NCBI GenBank assembly: GCA_012522895.1 | Contig: JAAYJM010000096.1 | Coordinates: 1 to 63,164, forward strand | Length of the DNA stretch: 63,164 nt | Source: Ignavibacteria bacterium | GTDB lineage: Bacteria > Bacteroidota > Ignavibacteria > Kapaibacteriales > UBA2268 | Reading direction: 5' to 3' | Part shown: piece after piece, positions 7,562 through 17,869 of the stretch | Layout: each line of letters opens with the position of its first letter | How positions within the stretch are numbered: the first letter of the stretch is position 1 | Made by a program: the position numbers and the translations under genes | Notes under the pieces: generated by a model | What the model was told of the DNA's origin: nothing | Seen by the model: the letters and a program-made list of their open reading frames with translations, nothing else | Database searches by the model: none

Positions 7562-8977
7562 TTATCTTTTTTTATCTGTAAAATTTTCTTGCAGCCAATC
7601 AATTATATATTCTAAATAGCCGTCCACAAATTTTTTTTCTAAAAAAGCATACTCATCTAATAAACCCGAGTCTGCCTTTTGAAATAGATGATTAGCATCT
7701 TTGAAAATTTTAGTTGTAAAATTCTTATTTCCAGCTTTTTCAAGTGCCTTTTTCATTGCTGTTTCGTTCAAATTAGCAAGCACCTGCAAATCCTTTTCTC
7801 CAAAAAGCGCCAAAACAGGGCATTTTACTTTTTCTAAATCTTTTGCGGGGTCATACTGTATAAAAAATCTATACCATTTGCTTCGAACCCCTTTAATTTG
7901 CAAATCTGCCCTTTCTTCAAGCGCGGAATCGGAAATATCCATCTCAGCGCGGGCTTCAGCTGGCAGCTCCTCAATGCTTTTTTTCAAATCTTCTATTGTC
8001 ATTTCCTTTATTTCCTCCCAGCCCCTATCTGTTTTTACAGCTTCCATAATTCTTTTTTGCGATTCGATTGCGTTCTGAATTTCTTCTTCACTTGCGCCGG
8101 AAGCTCTTATAATAGCTTCTATTTGGGATAAAACAATTTGCTCGCCTGTAATTCCAGGTCCAGCCATAAGAATAAGAAAAGCAATTTCTTTGTGTTCAGC
8201 AGCGAGCATAGTCCCAATCATCGCCCCTTCACTATGCCCCAAAAAGCCAATCTTTTTTGGGTCAATTTCTTTTCTTTTACTTAAAAACGAAAAAGCAGCA
8301 AAGGCGTCTTCGGCAAAGGTTTTTGAAGTCGCTTCTTCGAGATTTCCAGCATCAGAGCCACCCATCCCTCTGTCGTCATAGCGCAGGACGGCAAAGCCAG
8401 TATTTGAAAGATAATTTGCAATGAGCGCAAAAACTTTAAAGCCAGCCACGTCTTCGTCTCGCTCTTGCTGTCCGCTTCCCGAAATAAGAATTACAGCGGG
8501 AAAAGGTCCCTTTGCTTTTGGATAGCTCAAAGTTCCAGTGAATTTAATGTCATCATTATAAAACACAACTTCTTCTTCAATATACTCAGCAGGGAGAAAA
8601 AAAGTTTTTTCCTCTTTCTTTTCAGACTTTATCAAATAAAAAGTTCCTTTAACTCCAGATTGCGAAAAATCTCCTTGCACGGAATCTTTGCTCAAAATTC
8701 CAGAAAAACTTGCTATATTGCCTGGACTTAAAAAAAGCTCGAAAGAAGCCGAATCTTTGCTAAATTGGATATTGCTAAGTGGCAAGCCAATAGCAAGTTG
8801 CTGCGGTATATCGAGCTTTCCACTAAGCGAGCTATTTTCCTCAATAAATTCCGCTTTTATAATTAATTGAGTTCCCATCACCTCGATAGCTCCTTCCCAA
8901 AATCCAATAAGTTCTTTTTGGGCAAGGCATTTATAAGAGAGGGAAAGCATCAAAAGAATAAATAGTATTTTTTTCAT
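7562..8977 (-). CDS. secreted alpha/beta hydrolase (serine hydrolase)
   Basis: 471 aa with a signal peptide (MKKILFILLMLSLSYKCLA) and the nucleophile elbow GHSEG in IGFLGHSEGA. Confidence 0.75.
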   Translation of the reverse strand: MKKILFILLMLSLSYKCLAQKELIGFWEGAIEVMGTQLIIKAEFIEENSSLSGKLDIPQQLAIGLPLSNIQFSKDSASFELFLSPGNIASFSGILSKDSVQGDFSQSGVKGTFYLIKSEKKEEKTFFLPAEYIEEEVVFYNDDIKFTGTLSYPKAKGPFPAVILISGSGQQERDEDVAGFKVFALIANYLSNTGFAVLRYDDRGMGGSDAGNLEEATSKTFAEDAFAAFSFLSKRKEIDPKKIGFLGHSEGAMIGTMLAAEHKEIAFLILMAGPGITGEQIVLSQIEAIIRASGASEEEIQNAIESQKRIMEAVKTDRGWEEIKEMTIEDLKKSIEELPAEARAEMDISDSALEERADLQIKGVRSKWYRFFIQYDPAKDLEKVKCPVLALFGEKDLQVLANLNETAMKKALEKAGNKNFTTKIFKDANHLFQKADSGLLDEYAFLEKKFVDGYLEYIIDWLQENFTDKKR

Positions 8978-9121
8978 TTTGCAATTACTCCTTTTTTTAC
9001 AAAAATACTAAATTATTGTGAATATAATAAGGGAGAAGCAGGGGTTTTTTGAATTAGTTTAAGGAGTTACATACTTTTAAATATCTGACTAAAAAAACGC
9101 AGATTGGTTTTCAATTAAATT

Positions 9122-10069
9122 TCAAAATAAAATATGTTCTTTCTCTAATTCGTAGAAATGAGGGAAAGCGGCTTTATCATCTACTCTTTCTATAGCAGTA
9201 TTACAGTATCCCTCATTGATTTCAAAGCCAATAAAATTTCTTTTTAATCTTTTAGCTGCTAATGCGGTGGTTCCGCTCCCAATGAATGGATCAAGAACAA
9301 TTTGATTTTCACGTGTTGTTAACTTGATTAAAAACTCAATTAATTCCAATGGTTTCTGAGCCTCGTGAAGCTTATTTTCATTTTTTGAAAATCCAAATTC
9401 TAATAAATTTGTTGGATTTGAGCCATTGATTTTGCATTCTTCTGTATTGATTGCTCCAACACCGTGTTTTAAAATATTATCTGTAATAGTAATTTTATAT
9501 GGTTTAAAAAACCAGGCAATCGGCTCATATATAGGAGCTAAATTTCCGAGTCGCCATCCATTCCAAACTTCAAGTTCCTCCTCAAGCCCTCTATTTCGCA
9601 AAATGTTGGTAAATTTTTGTGCTCTATGGTGAGCAGATGGCTTTTTCCAAGCTAAAATATCTTTTAAAAGAAAGCCAGAATTTTCAAAAGCATTGACCAC
9701 TCTATGAATAGTCCTTCTTGCCCCAAAAACAAATTGGAAAGCGCCTTCTTTCATAATTGGGAAAACCATATCTGACCACTTTTGCACCCATTCTTGATAT
9801 TCCTTCCCGATGTTTCTATCAGCAGAACTCCACCCGTTAATTGGTTTTCCGCGTCTTTTAAACCCATTTTTTCCATTTTGAGCTGGAGAAGTGCCAAGTA
9901 GCGCAGAATTTGTATTATTGTGCAGAACGTCCCAATCATCAAGGCAGATACCATAAGGAATATCTGAAAGAAATAAGTCTATAGAGCTTTCTTCTAAGTT
10001 TGAAAGATGATTCAAACAATCGTCATTAATTATTTTATTTAAGTAGTTATCATTCATCTTAATTATCAA
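9122..10069 (-). CDS. type II DNA methyltransferase (beta-class amino-methyltransferase, M.HindIII-like)
   Basis: The catalytic motif SDIPYG (D/SPPY type) is N-terminal and the AdoMet motif DPFIGSGTT is C-terminal, which is the beta-class order. It overlaps the upstream endonuclease gene by 11 nt. Confidence 0.85.
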   Translation of the reverse strand: MIIKMNDNYLNKIINDDCLNHLSNLEESSIDLFLSDIPYGICLDDWDVLHNNTNSALLGTSPAQNGKNGFKRRGKPINGWSSADRNIGKEYQEWVQKWSDMVFPIMKEGAFQFVFGARRTIHRVVNAFENSGFLLKDILAWKKPSAHHRAQKFTNILRNRGLEEELEVWNGWRLGNLAPIYEPIAWFFKPYKITITDNILKHGVGAINTEECKINGSNPTNLLEFGFSKNENKLHEAQKPLELIEFLIKLTTRENQIVLDPFIGSGTTALAAKRLKRNFIGFEINEGYCNTAIERVDDKAAFPHFYELEKEHILF

Positions 10070-10931
10070 ACGAAATTGCTTTCATAATAGTTTTAATTTT
10101 TGTTTCTATTTTTTCAGAAGCTATCAACCTATTTATAGCTTCTTCTTTTGAAAGTTTTTTATACTCCTTTATTTTATTTTGCCAAAAATCAATTCCTTCT
10201 TGGCCAATCTCTTTTGTTTTTTGCATTTCAAGTGTTTTTATATTGGATAGTGCATCTTCATTAATGTTTAAAATCTTGCAAACAGATTTATCAATATTTT
10301 CCCAATATATTTCAGCTTGCTGTTGTTCGGTTGAATTAAGCTTTGCTTTCAAATTCTTCCCAACTTCCCACAATGGTTTAAAATCTTTGTTGTCGTTATA
10401 AGTCAGCATTAAATTCAAGTGAGTATAAGAAAGTAAAGTAACATTTTTATCTATTGCCTGAAAATATATTTGACTTCTACGGCTGGGGTATTGGATTAAT
10501 GGCGAAACTAAAAGAGCATAATTATTTCCTTTTCTCCAGTCATCTAAAGCTTTTACTTTAAAATCTTTTTGATTTTTTGCTGTTCTACTCAATCTAAAAG
10601 TTTTTGCATCAGCAACTATCGAATAGTTTTTAGCTTTTCCAAAAACATCAGCTGAGTCTCCTCTTGTTCTCAAAACTTCAGACGGAATATTTAAAAAAGT
10701 TAAACTCGCTGCTAGTAGAATATCAGTAAACTTTGCCCACAGCTTCTCCTCTGAACTATCATGAGTAAATATTTCTGGCAATATGCCACAGTCAATAATG
10801 CTTTGCGATATCTCTTTTTTTGTTAATTTTAAAACTTCTTTTTCTAAAATATCAAAAGCGTCTTCTTCTTTCGATATTTTAAAAATTAATTGAATAAATC
10901 TATTTCTCATATAAATCCAATTTCCCCACAA
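10059..10931 (-). CDS. type II restriction endonuclease, HindIII family
   Basis: The segment GILPE...VADAKTFRLSRTAKNQKDFKVKALDDWR closely matches my recollection of the R.HindIII catalytic region (ADAKSFRLSRTAKNQKDFKVKAL). The C-terminal SKEEAI...SEKIETKI also matches. The true start may be the Met at 10910. Confidence 0.7.
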   Translation of the reverse strand: MWGNWIYMRNRFIQLIFKISKEEDAFDILEKEVLKLTKKEISQSIIDCGILPEIFTHDSSEEKLWAKFTDILLAASLTFLNIPSEVLRTRGDSADVFGKAKNYSIVADAKTFRLSRTAKNQKDFKVKALDDWRKGNNYALLVSPLIQYPSRRSQIYFQAIDKNVTLLSYTHLNLMLTYNDNKDFKPLWEVGKNLKAKLNSTEQQQAEIYWENIDKSVCKILNINEDALSNIKTLEMQKTKEIGQEGIDFWQNKIKEYKKLSKEEAINRLIASEKIETKIKTIMKAISFDN

Positions 10932-11107
10932 AATGACCTCTCCTCTTTTTCAATTTAATGAATTTTTTTTAAACGCCGATTCTAATTCTATTTTACTTTA
11001 AAAGCATTGGTTTTACTTTTTTAGAAGAAATTAGCAAAAGCAAAAAATTGTAACTTTTTAAAAGAAAATTCGTAGTAGTTTATAAAATATAGTTCTTTTT
11101 CTATAAT

Positions 11108-12475
11108 GTGAATATAGAGGAATTAATGGAAAATAAGTTGCTTTTTATTATACTTTTATTGCTCTCAATAAGTTATATCGGATATAGCCAAACACAAGGA
11201 AACGCGCAAACTTTTTCTTTAAACGATTGCCTGAATATTGCAAGCGAACATAATACTGAAATGATTTTAGCAAATGCAAGGCTGCTTTCGTCAAGTGCCG
11301 CTGTAACAAATGCATTCGGCGAATTTCTTCCTTCAATTAACTTAAATATGGGCTATAATCGTCAATTAAGAGAGGAAGGAACAAAAACAGTAAACGTAGG
11401 AGGACAAATTATCAGCGTTCCGGGGACGAACCCAAATTCTTATTCTATGAATGCTTACGCAAGCTATCCCATTTTTACCGGATTTTCAAGGGAAGCAAAT
11501 TATAATTTAGCACAAAAGAATTTAGATTATAATAAAAAAATAGCTGATTTTACTGAAATTAACGTAAAATTGCAAGTTTATCGTCAATACTATGATGTTA
11601 TTAAAAAGCAGCAGCTGGTTAAAATTAGAAAAGGCGATCTGGAGCTTGGAGAAAAAGAATTGGAAAGAATTCAAGCAACTTATGAAGCTGGAAAGACGCA
11701 TATTGGCTATGTCTATTCACAAGAAGCGGAAATCGGAACTCGAGAGCTTGCCTTGTTAAACGCAGAAAACGATTTGGACAACGCAAAAGCAGTCCTTTTA
11801 ACTACGATGGGGCTTTCTGCAAATACGCAAGCAGATTTCCTTGAATCAAGCATACCACATAGCGTTGCTGAAACGCAAATTGACGAATTTCACAAAGAAA
11901 TTGGCTCTTTCGATGCCTGCATTAACAGCGCGCTGACAAATAGAATTGATTATGCCGCTACAAGCACCGGAATTGATGCTTCAAAAACAAATATCACTAT
12001 TGCTGAAAGTGGCTACTACCCTACTTTATCCGCAAGTGGTGGCTGGTCTTGGACTAATCATTCGCTGTCAAAATTTAGTGATTTAGGAATGTCTTTTATT
12101 GGCTTAAGTCTTTCTGTCCCGGTATTTGAAAATTTTAGAACAAATAATAAAATTGAATCAGCTAAGTATCAATTAACTCAACAGGAAATCGAGCGATACC
12201 AGTTAGAGCAGAACATAAAAACCTCTATTCAAACTGCACTCCTAAATTTGGACGCTTCGGAAAAACAGCTCGACATCACAGAGCGTCTTCTACGTTCTTC
12301 TGAAATGAATTTCAATATTTACAGCGAGAGGTTCAACATAGGCTCTTCAAATATAAACGAATACTACGATGCAAACACTCGCTATATTACTGCTCAAATC
12401 AATAGAGTAAATGCAATTTATTCTTATTATTTAGCTCAAAAAGAAGTTCAATTTGCAATCGGTAAACTTGAATAA
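11108..12475 (+). CDS. TolC-family outer-membrane efflux protein
   Basis: 455 aa with a signal peptide and two OEP-type coiled-coil/beta repeats. It is the first gene of the efflux operon. An ATG at 11126 is an alternative to the GTG start. Confidence 0.85.
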   Translation: MNIEELMENKLLFIILLLLSISYIGYSQTQGNAQTFSLNDCLNIASEHNTEMILANARLLSSSAAVTNAFGEFLPSINLNMGYNRQLREEGTKTVNVGGQIISVPGTNPNSYSMNAYASYPIFTGFSREANYNLAQKNLDYNKKIADFTEINVKLQVYRQYYDVIKKQQLVKIRKGDLELGEKELERIQATYEAGKTHIGYVYSQEAEIGTRELALLNAENDLDNAKAVLLTTMGLSANTQADFLESSIPHSVAETQIDEFHKEIGSFDACINSALTNRIDYAATSTGIDASKTNITIAESGYYPTLSASGGWSWTNHSLSKFSDLGMSFIGLSLSVPVFENFRTNNKIESAKYQLTQQEIERYQLEQNIKTSIQTALLNLDASEKQLDITERLLRSSEMNFNIYSERFNIGSSNINEYYDANTRYITAQINRVNAIYSYYLAQKEVQFAIGKLE

Positions 12476-12486
12476 AGGAGTAAAAT

Positions 12487-13212
12487 ATGAAATGTGAAAA
12501 ATGCGGGAGCGAATATCCCTCGCAATACTACTTTGAAACTCCTACAATTTGTAGAGAATGTTTTAAAAATATGTCTGATGAAGAAAAGCAATTTTATTTA
12601 GCTCGATATGCTCCATATCCCGCTGAGGAGTGGGAAATAAGAATCGGCTTTGGGAAGCGCTTCCTTGCCTTTTTTATCGATAGCCTGATTATCACAATAA
12701 TTATTCTTTTTGTTTACAATGCAACAGGCTTTTTCGATTCGGCAACAATTTTTGCGGAAGAAATAAAAGAATTTGCAACAAACCCCTTAGCATTTGAAGA
12801 AGTTTTAGAAGAGTTTTTTGAAGATAATTTGTCCAATTTCTACTTTGCCTATATTATTTCTCTTGCATTTTTTTCGCTTGAAATTATGGTTGGCGCCTCG
12901 CTTGGAAAATTAATTCTTGGAATTCAGATTGCAGATTCAAATCGCCGCCCCGCAAGCGCAGCAAAGCTCTTAAAACGCTATCTTATAAAGCATTTAGTTT
13001 CAATCGTTTCTATTGTTTGGCTTTTAACACGCATTAGCTTTATAAATTCATTTTCTTCAATAGTAGGAGTAACAATTTTTATTGGATATTTTTTTGCTCT
13101 TTCACAAAAAAAGCAGACATTTCAAGATATGATTGCCGGCACTGCTGTTTTCGATAAACGCGATATAATTAATGAAAATATTAATGAAGAAATTAATCAA
13201 AATGTAAATTGA
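12487..13212 (+). CDS. RDD-family membrane protein with N-terminal zinc-ribbon (CxxC...CxxC)
   Basis: The N-terminus is MKCEKCGSEY...ICRECF. An RDD-type segment RFLAFFIDSLI and several TM helices follow. Confidence 0.7.
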   Translation: MKCEKCGSEYPSQYYFETPTICRECFKNMSDEEKQFYLARYAPYPAEEWEIRIGFGKRFLAFFIDSLIITIIILFVYNATGFFDSATIFAEEIKEFATNPLAFEEVLEEFFEDNLSNFYFAYIISLAFFSLEIMVGASLGKLILGIQIADSNRRPASAAKLLKRYLIKHLVSIVSIVWLLTRISFINSFSSIVGVTIFIGYFFALSQKKQTFQDMIAGTAVFDKRDIINENINEEINQNVN

Positions 13213-13229
13213 TTTGAAAAGGTAACCCA

Positions 13230-14522
13230 ATGGCAAAGAAAAAATCAAAAAAGAAAGTATATATTACAATCATCACACTAACTCTCATTTTAGCTGCGAT
13301 TGTCATTTTCATTTTTGCTGGAAAAACTGATGCGGCAATTTCCATCTCTGTAAGCAAAGCAGAAAAAAGAACTATAACCCAAACAGTTACTGCAATCGGA
13401 AAAATTGAAGCGGAAACGGAGGTAAAAATATCATCAGAAACCTCTGGTGAATTAGTTTATTTGGCAGTAAAAGAGGGCGACACAGTTAAAGCAAATACTC
13501 TTTTAGCAAGAATAAAGCCAGACATAATTGAATCTCAGCTCGAGCAATACAAAGCAGCAGTAGAGGCGGCAAAAGTGCAAATTGATGCCCGCAAACTTGC
13601 AAGGGAAAGAGCAAGGTCTGAGCTAAACAGAGTTTCTGAGCTATACGCAAAAAAGTTTGCATCTGCCGATGAGTTTGAAGCCGCAACAAATAGTTTCGAG
13701 CAAAGCGAAAAGAACTATCAATCCGCACTTTATCAGCACCAGCAATCTGTAGCTACTTTAAAGCAAATTCAAAGAAGTGCTGATAGAACCACAATCTTTT
13801 CTCCAATTAATGGAATTGTTACAAAATTAAGCGTAGAAAAAGGCGAAAAAGTTGTTGGAACTGCGCAATACGCTGGAACTGAAATGATGGTGATTTCCGA
13901 TTTAAGCGTTATGAATGCGATGGTGGAGGTTGATGAAAATGATATAGTTATGGTGAAAATTGGAGACACAGCTCGCATTGAAATTGACGCCATTCAAGAT
14001 ATTGAATACAAAGGAATTGTAGTTGAAATTGGGCATTCTGCCATTCAAAGCTCGCTCGGAACTCAGGACCAAGTTACCAATTTCAAAGTGAAAATACGCC
14101 TTTTAGACCAAGAAGCACGCTTGCGTCCCGGAATGAGTTGTAACGTGGACGTAGAAACAGAAACTCGCGAAAATGTGCTTGCAGTTCCCTTGCAATCGGT
14201 AACCGTTCGCGAATCAAAGCTCGAAGCCGCACCCGATGTCCGTAGCCAAGGCATTACTTCAACTGATGACGAAAGCAAAAAAAGAAAAGTGGAGCGTCCC
14301 CCTTCTGTGGTTTTCGTTAAAGAAAATCAAAAAGCTAAAATGATTACTGTGAAAACTGGAATTAGCGACAATACTTTTATTGAAATCACCGATGGCTTAA
14401 AAGGAGGTGAAGAGGTGGTAAGCGGAAGCTATATGGCTATAAGTAAGCTGCTCAAAGATGGCTCTGCAATAAAAATTGATAGCTTGCATAAAAAGAAATT
14501 TAGCGAAGAAAAAGCGCAATAA
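13230..14522 (+). CDS. periplasmic adaptor (HlyD/MacA membrane-fusion protein)
   Basis: 430 aa with an N-terminal TM anchor, a long coiled-coil hairpin, and lipoyl/beta-barrel segments typical of MFPs. Confidence 0.85.
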   Translation: MAKKKSKKKVYITIITLTLILAAIVIFIFAGKTDAAISISVSKAEKRTITQTVTAIGKIEAETEVKISSETSGELVYLAVKEGDTVKANTLLARIKPDIIESQLEQYKAAVEAAKVQIDARKLARERARSELNRVSELYAKKFASADEFEAATNSFEQSEKNYQSALYQHQQSVATLKQIQRSADRTTIFSPINGIVTKLSVEKGEKVVGTAQYAGTEMMVISDLSVMNAMVEVDENDIVMVKIGDTARIEIDAIQDIEYKGIVVEIGHSAIQSSLGTQDQVTNFKVKIRLLDQEARLRPGMSCNVDVETETRENVLAVPLQSVTVRESKLEAAPDVRSQGITSTDDESKKRKVERPPSVVFVKENQKAKMITVKTGISDNTFIEITDGLKGGEEVVSGSYMAISKLLKDGSAIKIDSLHKKKFSEEKAQ

Positions 14523-14565
14523 AGAAAAAATATCAGAGCATTGAACCAAAAAAATAAAAAATAAA

Positions 14566-15312
14566 ATGGCTGCAACAAATCAAAACGATTTTTTAATACA
14601 ATTTGAAAATATATCAAAAGTGTATCAGATGGGCTTGGAACTCGTTCACGCACTTAGAGATATAACTTTGTCAATAAGAAAGAATGAATACGTTTCTATA
14701 ATGGGGCCCTCAGGCTCCGGGAAATCGACACTTATGAACATTATCGGCTGTCTCGATACTCCAAGCACTGGCAAGTATTTTTTCAAGCAATATGATGTCA
14801 GCGATATGAGCGATAACGAGCTGGCAGATATTCGCAATAAAGAAATTGGCTTTGTCTTTCAGACCTTTAACCTTCTGCCGCGAGCAACGGCATTGAAAAA
14901 CGTAGAGCTTCCCCTTGTTTATAGTGGAGTTAATTCATCGAAAAGAAAAGAAATTGCCCAGCAGCTACTCGAAGGGGTTGGGCTTGGTGATAGAATAACC
15001 CATAAACCAAACGAGCTTTCCGGCGGTCAGCGTCAAAGAGTTGCCGTAGCAAGAGCTTTAGCAAATAATCCTTCTATTATCCTTGCCGATGAGCCAACAG
15101 GGAATTTGGACTCAAAAACGGGCAAAGAAATAATGATTCTTTTCAATAAGCTCTGGGAAAAAGGAAATACGATTATCTTAGTTACTCACGAAGAAGAAAT
15201 TGCTCATTATTCACATAGAATCATTCGGCTTCGCGATGGTTTAGTTGAATCAGATGAAAAAAATGGAAACCCAATAGTTCCAAAAATCTCCGAACTTGAA
15301 GAAATAGAATAG
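14566..15312 (+). CDS. ABC transporter ATP-binding protein (MacB/LolD-type)
   Basis: Walker A is GPSGSGKST, the ABC signature is LSGGQRQRV, and Walker B is [12 protein letters not shown]. Confidence 0.9.
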   Translation: MAATNQNDFLIQFENISKVYQMGLELVHALRDITLSIRKNEYVSIMGPSGSGKSTLMNIIGCLDTPSTGKYFFKQYDVSDMSDNELADIRNKEIGFVFQTFNLLPRATALKNVELPLVYSGVNSSKRKEIAQQLLEGVGLGDRITHKPNELSGGQRQRVAVARALANNPSIILADEPTGNLDSKTGKEIMILFNKLWEKGNTIILVTHEEEIAHYSHRIIRLRDGLVESDEKNGNPIVPKISELEEIE

Positions 15313-16566
15313 ATGAAATTTTCTGAAATATGGGAAGCAATAGTAATTGCCTTAGACTCAATAAAAGCAAACAAGTTGCGTTCATTTTTAGCTTCTCTTG
15401 GGGTGGTGATTGGTATTTCTTTTGTAATAATAATGGGCTGGGCGCTTGCCGGACTGGACAAAGTGCTTTTGGACACAATCAATATGATTGGAAGCGACAT
15501 GCTTTACGTTGATAAATGGGATTGGTCTGGCGGACAAAATTGGAAATTGCTCCAAGCGAGAAAGCCAATCACTTTAGAGCAAGCTAATGAATTTATAAAA
15601 AGAGTGAAAACTGCTGAGGTTGCGATCCCAATCGCAAAAAGACATAGAACTCTTATTAAATATGAAAATCTTAATTTCGAGGGTATTAGCGTTCAAGGCT
15701 CTTTAAGTGAATATGGCTTAACGCCAGCGGGAGCGATTTTAGACGGCAGATTTTTCTCTCCAAGCGAAGATATGTATAGTGCTAACGTAGTGGTATTTGC
15801 TTATAATGCTTATTATTCTGTTTTTCCAGATGGAGATGGGATCGGAAAAACTGTGAAAATAAATGGTCATAAATTTTATGTGATTGGAGTAGTAAAAAAG
15901 CAAGGCACCGCCTTATTAGATTTCGTTGATAATCAAGTGTTTGTGCCTTTATCAAGTTTTCTTGGCTGTTTCGGAAAGTATAGGAGAAGTTTGTCGATAG
16001 GGGTAAAAGCTGGAAGCCCGGAAATGCTTGACGAAGTTCGCACTGAAACTATTGGTATAATGAGAGGGATTAGAGGTTTAGAGCCTTGGGAGGAACTTGA
16101 TTTTTCTGTTAATGAAACAAAAACATTTGAAAAATCTACTGATATGTTTCGACTCTACGTTTGGGGCATTGGAATCGGTATGACAGTCCTTTCTTTCATT
16201 GTTGGAATTATTGGCATAACAAACATTATGTTTGTTTCCGTTGCTGAGCGAACAAAGGAAATCGGCATTCGCAAGGCTATTGGCGCTCCAAAACGCTCTA
16301 TTCTGTTTCAATTTATAATAGAATCAGCAATTCTTTGCCTTATTGGCTCTGCATTTTCTTTTATTGGATGCTCTGTTTTAATATACGCCGTAGCCACCTT
16401 TTTACCGAAAGCATTTCCTTCAATATCATTTTTATCACCTTATATACCATTGAAATTATTGTATATAGCGTCTTTCGTATCTATAATAGTCGGTATCCTT
16501 GCAGGGCTAATCCCCGCAATCCGAGCATCGAACCTAGATCCTGTTGATTCACTAAGATATGAATAA
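15313..16566 (+). CDS. ABC transporter permease (MacB_PCD + FtsX domains)
   Basis: 417 aa with an N-terminal TM helix, a large periplasmic domain and a C-terminal FtsX motif (ERTKEIGIRKAIGA). The start abuts the ATPase stop. Confidence 0.85.
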   Translation: MKFSEIWEAIVIALDSIKANKLRSFLASLGVVIGISFVIIMGWALAGLDKVLLDTINMIGSDMLYVDKWDWSGGQNWKLLQARKPITLEQANEFIKRVKTAEVAIPIAKRHRTLIKYENLNFEGISVQGSLSEYGLTPAGAILDGRFFSPSEDMYSANVVVFAYNAYYSVFPDGDGIGKTVKINGHKFYVIGVVKKQGTALLDFVDNQVFVPLSSFLGCFGKYRRSLSIGVKAGSPEMLDEVRTETIGIMRGIRGLEPWEELDFSVNETKTFEKSTDMFRLYVWGIGIGMTVLSFIVGIIGITNIMFVSVAERTKEIGIRKAIGAPKRSILFQFIIESAILCLIGSAFSFIGCSVLIYAVATFLPKAFPSISFLSPYIPLKLLYIASFVSIIVGILAGLIPAIRASNLDPVDSLRYE

Positions 16567-16579
16567 AAATGAGTAAAAA

Positions 16580-17809
16580 ATGAATATAAGTGAAAGCATA
16601 TTACTTGCCATAGATTCAGTAAGAAAAAACAAACTGCGTGCTATTCTCACTCTTCTTAGTATTTCCATTGGGGTTTTTGCGATAATTGGGGCTGGCACAC
16701 TTGTTAGCTCAATGGATAATGCTGTAACTAATGAAATGGCAAGTTTAGGCGAGAATACTTTTATTATAAAAAGAGTTCCAAGTGTTCAAATGGGAAATAC
16801 TCGGGGAAAATATCGAAGACGCAGAATGATTACCTATTCCGTGTATAAAGATTTTCGAAAAAAAATGACAACAAGCAACTTGATTAGTGCTGAAAGCTCG
16901 TCCGGAGGACAGGTAATAAAAGCTGGCAACCATAGCACTGATCCCGATGTTTCGCTCACCGGTGCCGATGAATACTACTTTGTTAACAACAACATTTCCG
17001 TTGACCAAGGCAGGGCTTTTACTGCTGAAGATATTACATTTAATCGAAATGTCGCAATAATTGGGAACGATATTTTAGTTAAAGTTTTTCCAAATGAAAA
17101 TCCGATAGGGAAAAGAATTGCTATTCAAAATCAAAGCTTCACCGTAATTGGCATACTTGAAACGAAAGGTGCTGTTCTTGGGCAAAGTCAGGACAATCAG
17201 GTAATTGTGCCTATTTCCAAATTTTTGAAGCATTATGCAAGCTGGTGGTCTCAATCGGTAACAATTTCAATAAAAGCACTTAGCAAAGAGCTACTTGAGC
17301 CTACGGTGGACGAAGCTATTGGGATTATGCGAACCATAAGGAAGCAAAAGCCTTGGGAGGACAATAGCTTTGAAGTTGAAACAAATGAATCTATTGCTGA
17401 GCAATTTAAGAATTTTACGAGCTTTCTTTCCGTTTTTGGCGTAGTGTCTGGCGTGATTGCCTTGATTGCTGCTGGGGTCGGGATAATGAATATTATGCTT
17501 GTTTCCGTGAAAGAAAGGACACGCGAGATTGGTATTCGCAAAGCTATTGGCGCAAAAAGAGCTTGGATACTTGCCCAGTTCATCATAGAAACTATTACGC
17601 TCTGTCAATTGGGTGGCGCGGTTGGCATTGTTATGGGAATTGCAGCAGGAAACGTTCTCGGCAAAATGCTTGGTATGAATATTGTGTTCCCTCTTGATTG
17701 GGTGATCCTGGGCATTGTGGTTTGCACAGTTTTAGGTGTTGTTGCTGGCTCATACCCCGCTTGGAAAGCTGCAAAACTCGACCCAATTGACGCTTTGAGG
17801 TATGAATAA
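16580..17809 (+). CDS. ABC transporter permease (MacB_PCD + FtsX domains), paralog of the preceding gene
   Basis: 409 aa with the same architecture and the motif ERTREIGIRKAIGA. Confidence 0.85.
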   Translation: MNISESILLAIDSVRKNKLRAILTLLSISIGVFAIIGAGTLVSSMDNAVTNEMASLGENTFIIKRVPSVQMGNTRGKYRRRRMITYSVYKDFRKKMTTSNLISAESSSGGQVIKAGNHSTDPDVSLTGADEYYFVNNNISVDQGRAFTAEDITFNRNVAIIGNDILVKVFPNENPIGKRIAIQNQSFTVIGILETKGAVLGQSQDNQVIVPISKFLKHYASWWSQSVTISIKALSKELLEPTVDEAIGIMRTIRKQKPWEDNSFEVETNESIAEQFKNFTSFLSVFGVVSGVIALIAAGVGIMNIMLVSVKERTREIGIRKAIGAKRAWILAQFIIETITLCQLGGAVGIVMGIAAGNVLGKMLGMNIVFPLDWVILGIVVCTVLGVVAGSYPAWKAAKLDPIDALRYE

Positions 17810-17836
17810 ACTTTTTAGTCAAAAAGGATTTTTAGA

Positions 17837-17869
17837 CAAAAGCATTTAGAATCCCATTCTTAATGCTTT
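17837..17869 (+). terminator. rho-independent terminator of the efflux operon
   Basis: The hairpin aaaagcatttagaat-ccc-attcttaatgctttt has one mismatch and runs into TTTT. It lies 28 nt after the permease stop. Confidence 0.6.

Noticed and set aside
7483-10931. Genomic island integrated at the tRNA and carrying the hydrolase and the R-M pair.
   Set aside because: I found no integrase, no transposase, and no direct repeat of the tRNA 3-prime end. Only a compositional impression supports it, so it stays a remark under the R-M finding.
9122-10931. Avoidance of AAGCTT as support for HindIII specificity.
   Set aside because: AAGCTT is easy to find by eye at several places in the window. I cannot compute observed versus expected counts reliably here, so I make no claim.
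15207-15500. Two overlapping antisense ORFs (97 and 85 aa) across the ATPase/permease junction.
   Set aside because: They lie opposite well-supported ABC genes with strong motifs. They have no features of their own, so I treat them as artefacts.
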